Assembly (NCBI GenBank): GCA_031282385.1
Contig: JAITDV010000477.1
Span: 1-42,701, forward strand
Origin: Planctomycetaceae bacterium
GTDB lineage: Bacteria > Planctomycetota > Planctomycetia > Pirellulales > Thermoguttaceae
Length of the DNA: 42,701 nucleotides
Direction: 5' to 3'
Position 1 is the stretch's first letter. Every line of letters starts with the position of its first letter. This document shows, in pieces, positions 18,375 through 28,243 of this stretch. The translations under genes were made by a program, and so were the position numbers. Below the pieces are notes generated by a model. The model was not told the DNA's origin. It saw only the letters and a program-made list of their open reading frames with translations, and did not search any database.

Positions 18375-21300
18375 TTATAATGTTGCCAGTAGTGAGCGTA
18401 CGCGGATTTTTACTGCGCCTAGTTGTGCGCCTTCGTCAATTTTCAGCAACGTGTGTGTTTTGCCTTTGTATGCAAGTATTTCTTCAACCTGTTCTGCGGT
18501 TACAGCGTCAAGTCCGCAGCCAAATGAATTTAATTGAATTAGTTGGAAACCGGCGGGTTGATTTGCTACGAATGTTGCTGCTCTATACAATCTTGCATGA
18601 TAACTCCATTGATCAACTACTCGCAACGGAAACATCAATTCGCTGCCTAAGTGGGCGATTGAGTCTCCTGATAAAACTGCTGCGCCGCTTGAAACAATCA
18701 ATTCAGGTATTCCATGATGTATCATCGGGTCTAAATGATACGGACGTCCAACCAACACAATTACTGTCAGTTCTTTATTCGACTCGCATGATTTTACAAA
18801 CTCTTCACCTTTGTCCCGAACTTCTTTGCGGTAATTATTCTGCAGCTCTATTGCTTTTGCCAACGCGTTTTTGATTTCGCGGTATGAAACATCGAAACCG
18901 TGAAACTCTTCGTAAAGACGTTTGGTTAAAATTTTCGCATCCGCCGCCGGCAAAAAAGGCGAAATAAATTCAATTCCGCCATCACGTATTTCATCTATAT
19001 TCAATCGCAATAATTCAGGATAAGAACCTACTACCGGACAATTATGTGTAAAAAGAGTATCCGAAAATTCACGTTGTTCAAATGGTAATGCCGGATGAAA
19101 TATCCGTTTCACGCCGCGTTCAATTAAATTTATAATATGACCATGTGCTAACTTGGCAGGAAAACAAAGCGTTTGCGACGGAATGCTGCTCAAGCCTTTG
19201 TTGTACAATTTAGGTGTTGAAGGTGCGGACAACACGACTCTGAATCCTAATTCCGTTAAAAAACCGAACCAAAACGGATAAATCTCGAACATATTCAAAA
19301 TACGCGGTACTCCGATCTCGCCGCGTATCGACTTGTGCAAGTCAAGCGGCTCGTAGAAATTAAACAAGCGGTCGTATTGATACCGGAAAAAATTCGGTAA
19401 TTGAACACGGCTTGAATTTTCAGTCCACACAACTGAATCTGTAATCGAAGGTGAATTTTCTGTTACAGTAATTGGTTTCGTGGGGGCAACATTTCCAACG
19501 GCGGATTTTAATTTCGTATTAGGAACCGGATCAATTGCAAATTTACTCGGACCGCGTTCACATTTATTACCTGACACAAATACGCGGTTATCTGGAAAAG
19601 AGTGAACGGCAAGCAGACATTTATTTGAGCATCCGGGACAACGTTTTAATTTTGAATCCATTTTGAAGGCGGGCAAATCATCGCGTGAAATAATTCCGGA
19701 AATCAATTTATACGGTTTATCGGCTGCACGTTCACGGGCAATAAGCGATGCGCCGAATGCTCCCATCATGCCGGCAATATCTGTGCGATAAACTTCGCGA
19801 TCTATTAAAAATTCAAGCGCACGAAGTACTGCGGGGTTGTTGAATGTGCCGCCTTGAACCATGATGTTTTTACCGAGTTCGTTGAAGTCGGTTATTTTTA
19901 ATACTTTGTAGAGCGCATTTTTCGCAACTGAATAAGCCAAACCCGCGGAAATATCTGCAACTGAAGCATTTTCTTTTTGGGCTTGTTTTACTTTTGAATT
20001 CATGAAAACTGTGCAGCGTGTACCGAGGTCAATAGGCGACGCCGCGAACAACGCTTCTTTGGCAAAAGAAACAATATCGTATCCAAGCGAACCCGCAAAC
20101 GTTTCAAGAAAAGAACCGCAACCGGAAGAACACGCTTCGTTCAGAATTATTTTGTCAACTTTATCATTTTTGATACCAATACATTTTATATCTTGTCCGC
20201 CGATATCAAGAATAAACGAAACATCAGGCACGAAATATTTTGCCGCGCGGAAGTGAGCAAGCGTTTCAACTTCGCCGTCATCGATTCCCAACGCGGCTTT
20301 GAGTATGGTTTCGCCGTAACCTGTAACGCATCCGCGGCGAAGCCGTGATTCTCTTGGAATTTGGGAGTAAATATCTGCAATAATCTTTAGGACGGCGTTG
20401 ATTGGATCGCCTTCGTTGGGACCGTACCAGGTTGCGAGTATTTGTGAATCTGCATTGATCAAGACGGCTTTAGTTGTTGTTGAGCCTGCGTCAATTCCAA
20501 GAAACAAGTCGCCTGATGCTGTTGAAATATCGGCGCGTTTGGCTTTGAATGAATTGTGTCGTGCTGTAAATTTAGTAAATTCTTCTTGCGACATAAACAA
20601 TGGTGCAAGTCGCATTGTTTCTTCGTAGTTATTGTGGTCGAGTACGTTATTGACGCGGCAGCAGAGTTCGGCGGCGGGGATTGCGCGGTCGTTTTCGGAA
20701 AGAATTGCAGCTCCGAGCGCAACATAATAATGTGAATCTTCAGGCACGATTATACTGTTTTCATTCAAGCCTAATGTTTCTGTAAATCGTTTACGCAATT
20801 CGGGCAAAAAATGTAGAGGTCCGCCCAAAAAAGCCGTAGGACCGCATATTTTACGTCCGCAAGCGAGTCCGCCGATGGTTTGATCGACTACGGCTTGCAG
20901 AACGCTTGCGGCAACATCTTCGCGGGAAGCGCCTTCGTTTAGCAGCATGGTAACATCGGACTTGGTGAATACTCCGCAGCGTGCTGCTATTGGGTAAATT
21001 GTTTTATGGCGTGAGGCGAGATCGTTTATACCTGCAGCGTCGGTTTTGAGAGTTACGGCAATTTGGTCAATAAATGCACCGGTACCGCCAGCGCAAGTTT
21101 CGTTCATACGTTGGTCAATACTTCCTTCGAGAAAAGTTACTTTTGCGTCTTCGCCGCCTAATTCGATTGCGACTGTGGTTTCGGGGATGAATGTTGTGAT
21201 TGCGTGAAGAGCTGCAACAACTTCTTGAACAAACGGGATTCCTAATTTTTGGGAAACGCCGATTCCTGCGGAACCTGTCATGGCGAGTGTGAAAGCTTTA

Positions 21301-21497
21301 TCTGGGAAAACTTGGAAAACTTCGGATACAAGTTTAGCCAACGCTTGAAAAACACCGGAAAAATGACGAGTGTAACGCGACCAAACTATTTCGCCTCGTA
21401 CCGCGTCAAAAACTACTGCTTTCACTGTCGTTGAACCAACATCCAATCCAAGCCGGAATTGAGAAATTTCTTCAGTACCTGATTTCATTGACAACAT
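18375..21497 (-). CDS. acyl-CoA dehydratase activase-related protein (two BcrAD/BadFG ATPase domains plus a DUF2229-like C-terminal domain)
   Basis: Two acetate/sugar-kinase-type ATPase repeats (LGLDVGSTTVKAV and LGIDAGSTTTKAV, each followed by a GG(E/Q)D motif), then a long C-terminal domain as in CoA-substrate-specific enzyme activases. Confidence 0.75.
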   Translation of the reverse strand: MLSMKSGTEEISQFRLGLDVGSTTVKAVVFDAVRGEIVWSRYTRHFSGVFQALAKLVSEVFQVFPDKAFTLAMTGSAGIGVSQKLGIPFVQEVVAALHAITTFIPETTVAIELGGEDAKVTFLEGSIDQRMNETCAGGTGAFIDQIAVTLKTDAAGINDLASRHKTIYPIAARCGVFTKSDVTMLLNEGASREDVAASVLQAVVDQTIGGLACGRKICGPTAFLGGPLHFLPELRKRFTETLGLNENSIIVPEDSHYYVALGAAILSENDRAIPAAELCCRVNNVLDHNNYEETMRLAPLFMSQEEFTKFTARHNSFKAKRADISTASGDLFLGIDAGSTTTKAVLINADSQILATWYGPNEGDPINAVLKIIADIYSQIPRESRLRRGCVTGYGETILKAALGIDDGEVETLAHFRAAKYFVPDVSFILDIGGQDIKCIGIKNDKVDKIILNEACSSGCGSFLETFAGSLGYDIVSFAKEALFAASPIDLGTRCTVFMNSKVKQAQKENASVADISAGLAYSVAKNALYKVLKITDFNELGKNIMVQGGTFNNPAVLRALEFLIDREVYRTDIAGMMGAFGASLIARERAADKPYKLISGIISRDDLPAFKMDSKLKRCPGCSNKCLLAVHSFPDNRVFVSGNKCERGPSKFAIDPVPNTKLKSAVGNVAPTKPITVTENSPSITDSVVWTENSSRVQLPNFFRYQYDRLFNFYEPLDLHKSIRGEIGVPRILNMFEIYPFWFGFLTELGFRVVLSAPSTPKLYNKGLSSIPSQTLCFPAKLAHGHIINLIERGVKRIFHPALPFEQREFSDTLFTHNCPVVGSYPELLRLNIDEIRDGGIEFISPFLPAADAKILTKRLYEEFHGFDVSYREIKNALAKAIELQNNYRKEVRDKGEEFVKSCESNKELTVIVLVGRPYHLDPMIHHGIPELIVSSGAAVLSGDSIAHLGSELMFPLRVVDQWSYHARLYRAATFVANQPAGFQLIQLNSFGCGLDAVTAEQVEEILAYKGKTHTLLKIDEGAQLGAVKIRVRSLLATL

Positions 21498-21741
21498 TTG
21501 AAATTATTGTTATTTCGTTGATATACCGAAAGCCCGAATGTGAGCAACTAAAAAATAAAACAGTCAGTGGAATTTTCGTAACAGTATCATTATTTTTGAA
21601 GTGGAGATGCTGTGTGACCGAGTGGTTGTTTATATTTTAGCGTTTCCGTGATGATGTATCAATCGCCTACGGGATGAGGGTTAGATTTTGGAACTATTTG
21701 GTTTCAATATTTTTTGTTTTATTGGGGAATTTATTTGTAAT

Positions 21742-21933
21742 AGACCTTTTCGATAACCTGTAGGAGACCATCCCTGACTCCTCCGAGGGGCGGGAATTAT
21801 TCCCATTACGCGGAGGCGTATTCTTATTCCTCACCTTCGGAGGGGTTAGTGGGGGGATCGGAGGAGTTAAAGGCAGTTTTTCGTTGTGGTTTTTTTGTTG
21901 TGTTGATGTATTTTTAGGTTAGCGAAAAGGTTT
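21742..21933 (+). mobile_element. M2 MITE copy (192 bp, enlarged irregular hairpin), AAT/AAT flanks
   Basis: Both TIRs present, tail conserved, direct AAT on both sides. Confidence 0.85.
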
Positions 21934-22067
21934 AATGTAAGCCGTGGGGGCGGTGAAATGGAAAAACTCTTTATTTTTTGCCAAGTTGCGGATATGTGGG
22001 AAACGTGGCGGATTTGAAATTAATTTAAGTTATCAAAATTGGTCTTGTGTTGTTTGGCGGGAAATTG

Positions 22068-22145
22068 TTATACTTCGTTTGGGGCGGATTTCTGGCGGGT
22101 GTGCGGTTGGTGGTAAATGAAATTTAAAATGTGAACGGTGTAAAA
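22068..22145 (+). mobile_element. M1 degenerate copy
   Basis: TTATACTTCG left end and GGTAAATGAAATTTAAAATGTGAACGGTGTAAAA right end; the middle is replaced or degraded. Confidence 0.5.
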
Positions 22146-22154
22146 TAATTGAAA

Positions 22155-23255
22155 ATGCAAGAAAAAATTCGATATGAAGGCAAAATTCCGCGGATAAGGC
22201 GGATTTTGATAATCTGTTTTGCGGATGTTGTAAACATTGTCCAAGGTTTACCGATTGTGCCGGCGATCAGGTTACGTTTTCCTCATGTGGAGATTGCGTG
22301 GTTGGTGGAGGAAGCGAATGCGCCGTTGTTGAACAGGCTTATTTCGCTGGATCGTTTAATAATTGTCAAGGATCGTTGTTTACATTCGTGGGGTGAGATT
22401 GGGGAGTTACGGAGGCGGTTAAGGGCGTTTGCGCCGGACGTTACGATTGATTTGCAAGGTAGATTTAGGAGTGCGTTTTCGGCGTGGATTTCGGGTTCAA
22501 ATATTAGGATAGGGTTTGGAGGCAATGATGGGCGTGAGGGGAGTCGTTGGTTGAACAATTGTCTTGTAACGCCGGATGCCGAGCATATTGTGGAGCGGAA
22601 CATGCAGTTATTGCAGCATTTCGGCATTTGTGGGTCGAGTATTAGTTTTGATTTATTTGAGAACGAGATTGATCGTTATTGTGCGGAGTTGATATTGAGC
22701 CGTTGCGGGTTGCATGGCAATTTTGCGATTATGTGTGTGGGGGCGGATGTGGAGTCGCGGTTATGGCGGGAGGAGCGGTATGCGGGGGTGGCGGAGTATT
22801 TAGCGGAGCAATGGAATCTTCCGTCATTTGTGGTGTGGGGTAACGGGTGTGAGCAAAAGTTTGCGGAGCGGGTGTTGAGTGGTGTTGCGGGGGGGGCGGC
22901 GATAATTGCGCCGGCGGTTACGGTCAACGAATTTGCGGCGATTGCGAGGAGGTCAACGCTTGTTGTGGGGTCGGAGTCGGTGCAATTGCATGTTGCGGCG
23001 GCGGTCGGGGCGAGGTGTTTGGGGTTATTGGGGGCAACAGATATGAAGCGGAATGCGCCTTATGGAGAGAAAAATTGCTCAATACAGAAAGCAAACGGAA
23101 GCTTGCGCTCTAACCGCAACGATAGAATTTTAATGGACGCTATCGACACAACTTCTGTGTGTGATGTCTGTGATAGAATGTTGGCAGAAATACTTGAATC
23201 TCCGCAAATCATTACGAATTTCAAGAAAACAACAAACGGACAAAAAGTCGCGTAA
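22155..23255 (+). CDS. glycosyltransferase family 9 (heptosyltransferase-like)
   Basis: RILIICFADVVNIVQGLP...IAWLVEE N-terminus and overall GT9 layout. ATG at 22155 preferred over TTG at 22149. Confidence 0.75.
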   Translation: MQEKIRYEGKIPRIRRILIICFADVVNIVQGLPIVPAIRLRFPHVEIAWLVEEANAPLLNRLISLDRLIIVKDRCLHSWGEIGELRRRLRAFAPDVTIDLQGRFRSAFSAWISGSNIRIGFGGNDGREGSRWLNNCLVTPDAEHIVERNMQLLQHFGICGSSISFDLFENEIDRYCAELILSRCGLHGNFAIMCVGADVESRLWREERYAGVAEYLAEQWNLPSFVVWGNGCEQKFAERVLSGVAGGAAIIAPAVTVNEFAAIARRSTLVVGSESVQLHVAAAVGARCLGLLGATDMKRNAPYGEKNCSIQKANGSLRSNRNDRILMDAIDTTSVCDVCDRMLAEILESPQIITNFKKTTNGQKVA

Positions 23256-23470
23256 TCATTTTGAGTTGTTTTTGAGTCGGGTCTTATTTGTTTTTGGCGT
23301 ATTCTAATTTTTGTTGTGTTTTGGCGCGTCTTTGGTCAAAATGGATTGATAGGCTAATTTGATTGCGGCACGTGTTTTTTTGTAATATTTCTGTGGTGCA
23401 ATTATATATTGTGTTGGAATTAGTTTTTTGTTCTTTTTTTGCAAAATTTAATTATCGGGGAGTAGAAAAT

Positions 23471-23583
23471 AGACCTTTTCGATAACCTGTAGGAGACCAC
23501 CCCTAACCCTTCCGAATGTGGGGAATTATTCCACTCCTTCGGAGGTGGCAATGGTGGTCTCTTACAGGTTAACGAAAAGGTCT
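23471..23583 (+). mobile_element. M2 short palindromic variant (113 bp), AAT/AAT flanks
   Basis: Left arm and hairpin are directly followed by an inverted copy of the left arm; the T-rich tail is missing. Confidence 0.85.
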
Positions 23584-23672
23584 AATACTAATTTCTCCAT
23601 ATTAGCTAATAACTTTCATCTATACGCTAATTAATCGGAAAAATCACCTAACCTCTGGTATTTACATTTCTC

Positions 23673-24335
23673 TCAAGGCACAATAGCTTTTTCAATTCCG
23701 CTTATGGGTCCTTTTTCTCCTTTTTCGTTTTGCCAACAAATAGCGAAATATGCGTATTTTCCGCGTTCATTGTCGTTGAATTGAAAAATATGCGGAGTTC
23801 TTGTTGCCAACACCGAATGTATTAATTCCTCAACACCATTCGGAGGCTTGTCCAACACGGCAAACATAATCACCGCTCCGTCTATTCCATAAGGTTTTGC
23901 TTTTCCTGCGACGCCTGATTCGCTAAAAGATAACATCAACCTGCGTACATCTAAAACATTGATTACAAATTTCGGATGAGAGCTCGGCACTGGAATTGGG
24001 GTTCTATAAAATTTCCGTGCGCGTAAACCCATTGAGACGCGTTGTGCATTTGTGATAACCGGATTCCGTAACCGATAATTCACCAATTCGCGAATTTTAG
24101 ATTTGAGTATTTGTTTTGCGGTATTCTTTTCCTGCACGGTGATTTTACTTTTTTCTGGCGTTGATGATTGTATTTGTAGAAATTTGAAGTTTAAGTAAGC
24201 GTTTTTCAGGTCTAGTTGTTCTTTTTCTGTAATTCCCCAAGCAGCGGCGTTGTCGAGGACAACATTAGTAAAGTTTCCGCTCCAATCAACAAGTTCTAAT
24301 TCTGTTGTCGGCAAATAGTCTTTTGAATGGGCCAT
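23673..24335 (-). CDS. hypothetical protein (220 aa)
   Basis: Strong SD (AAGGAG, 8 nt before the ATG) and an intact ORF. No motif I can name; the C-terminal half looks beta-rich. Confidence 0.6.
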   Translation of the reverse strand: MAHSKDYLPTTELELVDWSGNFTNVVLDNAAAWGITEKEQLDLKNAYLNFKFLQIQSSTPEKSKITVQEKNTAKQILKSKIRELVNYRLRNPVITNAQRVSMGLRARKFYRTPIPVPSSHPKFVINVLDVRRLMLSFSESGVAGKAKPYGIDGAVIMFAVLDKPPNGVEELIHSVLATRTPHIFQFNDNERGKYAYFAICWQNEKGEKGPISGIEKAIVP

Positions 24336-24520
24336 AATGAAATCTCCTTTCGGTTAAAATCAATTGAAATTAAAATTAGACATGAAAGTGAAAAAACTAA
24401 TTAATTTTAATGTACATTATAACAAATAAATTTCAAAACGAAATAGATGACTTTTAGAAAAAAACAATAGTAATACAAAAAAAGACAAAAAAAAATTGCA
24501 AAAAGACAGATCAAAATCCT

Positions 24521-24815
24521 ATTAAAACAGAAAAATTACTAAACAAAACCTAAAATTTCCGAAAAAAGACCGAATTTTTTCAGATTAAAACAGAAAAAGT
24601 TTAGAACAAGACCGGAAAATTTTAGATTAAAACAGAAACATAATAGATTAAAACCGGATTGTTTCAAATTATAACCGGAAATTTTTAGATTAAAACCGGA
24701 ATAGTTTGAATTAAAACAGGAATGCAGTAGATTAAGACAGGAAAATATTAAAATAATAGAGGAATTTCTTCGATTAAAACAGGAATATTTTGAATTTATA
24801 CAGGATTATTTAAGC
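24521..24815 (+). repeat. 14-unit degenerate direct-repeat array with 21-bp period
   Basis: The motif ATTAAAAC(A/C)GGAA and variants starts at 24521, 24543, 24563, 24584, 24604, 24626, 24647, 24668, 24689, 24710, 24731, 24752, 24773 and 24794. Confidence 0.85.
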
Positions 24816-25142
24816 CGTAAGTGTAACTGTAAATGATTTTGTTATATGTAATTAATTTGACAATATATCTTGTTCAAAAACAACTTTGTGCAGTTGTTAA
24901 CTGCATTGCAATTGAGACAAAATACAACAATTACTACTCAACCAAAGTGCGGGCATATTATATTTCATGTTTCGGTTGAATTTCTCTTGAGGGGATAATT
25001 TTGATTTTAGTATTTTCAAATCAAATTTCTACAGGATTATACAAATTGCCCTTTTCATTCTTAAAGAAAAATATACAATTGTACTAAAAATAATCAAATT
25101 TGAGTCATACGCATATTCATTAAAATCACAACTATTTAGATT

Positions 25143-25307
25143 AAACCTTTTCGCTAACCTGTAGGAGACCACCCCTGACCCCTCTGAAGGTGGGGAATTA
25201 TTCTCCTCCTTCGGAGGGGTTAGGGGTGGTCTCGGAGGAGTTAAAGGCGGTTTTTTGTTGTAGTTTTTTTGTTTTGTTGATGTATTTTTAGGTTAGAGAA
25301 AAGGTCT
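25143..25307 (+). mobile_element. M2 MITE copy, ATT/ATT flanks
   Basis: 165 bp, full match. Confidence 0.9.
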
Positions 25308-25385
25308 ATTTCGTTTATTTTCCTGTTGTCCGTGAGAGAAAATATTGAAATAAAAATAATTCCTAAACATGAATACTTCAAAAAT

Positions 25386-25550
25386 AGACCTTTTCGCTAA
25401 CTTGTAGGAGACCACCACTGACCCCTCCGAAGGATGTGAATTATTCACCTCCTTCGGAGTGGTTAGGGGTGATCTCTGTGGAGTTAAAAGCGGTTTTTTG
25501 TTGTAGGTTTTTTGTTGCGTTAATGTATTTTTAGGTTAGAGAAAAGGTAT
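25386..25550 (+). mobile_element. M2 MITE copy, AAT/ATT flanks
   Basis: 165 bp, full match; flanks differ at one base. Confidence 0.9.
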
Positions 25551-25687
25551 ATTATTTATTTTTATATTTTATTGCCGGAAATTTATAGTATTTGAATATA
25601 TTTTTTCAATGCGCAAAAATTTTTTTGTGAAAGATTTTGAGCAATGGTAGTTGACTGATTGTTTTTTATTGAGATAATAACAATAGT

Positions 25688-25852
25688 AGATCTTATTGCT
25701 AACCTGTAGGAAACCATACCTGACCCCTCCGAAGGTGGAGAATTATTCCCCTCATTTGGAGTGGTTAGGGGTGGTCTCGGAGGTGTTAAAGGCGATTTTT
25801 TATTTCAGGTTTTTTGTTGTATTGATGTATTTTTAGATTAGAGAAAAGGTCT
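25688..25852 (+). mobile_element. M2 MITE copy, AGT/AGT flanks
   Basis: 165 bp, more diverged. Confidence 0.85.
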
Positions 25853-25960
25853 AGTAATTATTCCTACAGAAGAACAATAAATTATTTTTAGAGAAATAAT
25901 TATTGATAAACTATAAATAAATTATTCATAAAGTACCGAAATTATTGTCAGCATACTATT

Positions 25961-26125
25961 AGACCTTTTCCCTAACCTAAAAATATATCGACGCAACAAA
26001 AAATTTACAACGGAAAACAGCCTTTAACTCCTCCGAGACCACCTCTAACCACTCCAAAGGAGGGGAATAATTCCCCACATTAGGATGGGTCAGATGTGGT
26101 CTCATACAGGTTAGCGAAAAGGTCT
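25961..26125 (-). mobile_element. M2 MITE copy, ATT/ATT flanks
   Basis: 165 bp reverse match. Confidence 0.9.
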
Positions 26126-26350
26126 ATTATTCTGAAAATTTCAATTAAACCGGCGATAATTTGTATGCGTGTTTTAGTTTGGAAAACTTGCCGAATTTAT
26201 TTGACTCAATGACGGATACGAAATAATTGTTATCAATTTCAGAAACATATTTACAATAGACAAATTTAACTAAACACAAATTATCGGAATATTACAACTA
26301 ATTAGATTCTACATCGTTTGAAAAAGATTTATTGTGTTTGAAATAATATT

Positions 26351-26662
26351 AGAACTTTTCGCTAACCTAAAAATACATTAACGCAACAGAAAAACTACAA
26401 CAAAAAACCGCCTTTAACCCCTCCGAAACCACCCTTAACCCCTCCGAAACCACCCTTAACACCTCCGAAACCACCCCTAACCCCTCCGAAATCACCCTTA
26501 ACCCCTCCGAAACCACCCCTAACCCCTCCGAAACCACCCCTAACCCCTCCGAAATCACCCTTAACCCCTCCGAAATCACCCCTAACCCATCCGAAGGAGG
26601 GGAATTATTCCCATCCTTCGGAGGGGTCAGGGGTGGTTTCCTACAGGTTAGCGAAAAGGTCT
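26351..26662 (-). mobile_element. M2 MITE copy expanded to 312 bp by an internal 21-nt tandem repeat, ATT/ATT flanks
   Basis: Normal termini; one hairpin arm is amplified 8-fold. Confidence 0.9.
26420..26587 (+). repeat. 8 x 21-nt perfect-phase tandem repeat CCTCCGAA(A/T)CACCC(C/T)TAAC(C/A)
   Basis: Eight head-to-tail units counted directly, inside the M2 copy 26351-26662. Confidence 0.95.
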
Positions 26663-26728
26663 ATTTATAGGGTTGTGAATAATATTTTTGTAAAAAGAAC
26701 TTAAAAACATTAACCAAATCTAAACATT

Positions 26729-28243
26729 ATGATCATTTCATACGACTTGGGAACCGGCGGAAATAAGGCGTCGTTGTTTGACAATGACGGCAGTAGAATT
26801 GCGTCCGTGTTTGAATCTTATCCAACACTTTACCCCGCAAAAGGCAGGCACGAACAACGCCCCGCCGATTGGTTGGATGCAATTTCAAAAAGCACTCATC
26901 TACTCTTGACCGCCGCTAAAGCACGTAAAATTTCGGCGAAAGAAATTAGTTGTCTCGCGATTTCAGGTCACAGTCTCGGCTGCATCCCGCTAGACGCGGA
27001 CGGCAACCTACTACGCGAAACAACTCCAATTTGGTCAGACCGGCGGGCAGAATTAGAATCCGCGTACTTCTTTGAAAACTCCTTCGATCAAAACGTCTGG
27101 TACAACAGAACAGGTAACGGATTTCCCGCAGCTCATTATACTTTATTCAAAGTCCTCTGGTACAAAAAAAACGAGCCTGAACTCTTCACAAAAATCAATA
27201 AAATCGTCGGTACTAAAGATTACATCAATTACTATCTCACCGGAGTCTTGGCAACAGACTATAGCTACGCATCCGGCTTAGGGGCATACAGGTTGACCGA
27301 CTGGGCTTACGATAATGAAATACTTCAGGCTTCAGGGCTGCCGCCGGAGCTTTTCCCGCCCATCGTTCCTTCAACCAAAATACTCGGTACAATTAAACCT
27401 GACATTGCAACAAAACTCGGACTCGCTCCAACTACTCAGGTTGCAGCCGGCGGAGTTGATAATTCCTGTATGGCACTCGGCGCAGGTTGTTTTCGAACTT
27501 CGCAACTATACGCATCATTAGGCTCATCATCTTGGATAGCCGTCACCGACACAAAACCACTTCGCGATAACATCGCTAAACCTTACGTTTTCGCACACGT
27601 AGTCCCAACTCAATTCGTTTCAGCATTGTCAATCTTCTCCAGCGGAAGCACGTACCGTTGGATAAGAGACCAACTCTGCCGCGACCTCCAAATCCAATCA
27701 CAACACGACCAAACAGACGTCTATGAACTAATGCTTAACGAAGCTCAAGACTCCCCGCTCGGCTCAAACGGAGTTGCGTTCAACCCATCCCTCGGCGGAG
27801 GCACACCGCTTGACGGTACAGAGATACGCGGTGCATTCTTGGGTTTAGATTTAAGCCACACAAGAGCAGATATGATTCGTGCGTGTATGGAAGGAATAGC
27901 GTTGAATTTGCGTGTTGTTTTGGATGCGTTCCGCAAGTTGAGCAACGTCCAAGATACAATGAATATAGTCGGCGGCGGAGCTAAAAGCCAGTTATGGCGT
28001 CAAATTTACGCCGACACACTAAACATTAATATAGCAAAAATAAACATCGGGCAAGACGCTGCCGCTTTGGGCGCCGCCGCACTTGCCGCGGTTGGCTCCG
28101 GCTTGTGGAATAATTTTGACCAAATCGACAACATTCTCACCATCGACGACCAACAAACACCTCAAAAACAAAATACCGAAAGATACGACCAGTTGCTAAA
28201 ACAGTTTCAACAAGACGCAAACTTCCTCGCAAAACGCTCGTAA
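26729..28243 (+). CDS. FGGY-family carbohydrate kinase (xylulokinase-like)
   Basis: N-terminal YDLGTGGNKA and C-terminal GGGAKSQLWRQIYADTL motifs of FGGY kinases. Confidence 0.8.
   Translation: MIISYDLGTGGNKASLFDNDGSRIASVFESYPTLYPAKGRHEQRPADWLDAISKSTHLLLTAAKARKISAKEISCLAISGHSLGCIPLDADGNLLRETTPIWSDRRAELESAYFFENSFDQNVWYNRTGNGFPAAHYTLFKVLWYKKNEPELFTKINKIVGTKDYINYYLTGVLATDYSYASGLGAYRLTDWAYDNEILQASGLPPELFPPIVPSTKILGTIKPDIATKLGLAPTTQVAAGGVDNSCMALGAGCFRTSQLYASLGSSSWIAVTDTKPLRDNIAKPYVFAHVVPTQFVSALSIFSSGSTYRWIRDQLCRDLQIQSQHDQTDVYELMLNEAQDSPLGSNGVAFNPSLGGGTPLDGTEIRGAFLGLDLSHTRADMIRACMEGIALNLRVVLDAFRKLSNVQDTMNIVGGGAKSQLWRQIYADTLNINIAKINIGQDAAALGAAALAAVGSGLWNNFDQIDNILTIDDQQTPQKQNTERYDQLLKQFQQDANFLAKRS

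Noticed and set aside
24400-24427. dif-like XerC/D site ATTAATTTTAATGTACATTATAACAAAT near the skew transition
   Set aside because: The core and right arm match E. coli dif at 16/20 positions, but the XerC arm matches at only about 2-3 of 11. The background is very AT-rich, and the skew changes sign many times in this window, so chance cannot be excluded.
24521-24815. Possible CRISPR array (also considered for 26420-26587)
   Set aside because: The repeats are contiguous at a 21-bp period with no unique spacers. The units are degenerate, and there are no cas genes or leader. These are tandem or phased repeats, not CRISPR.
26367-26579. 70-aa minus-strand ORF encoding (SEGLGVV/SEGLRVI)n repeats
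   Set aside because: It is the translation of the 21-nt tandem repeat inside an M2 element. It has no SD, and it overlaps the element terminal repeat.
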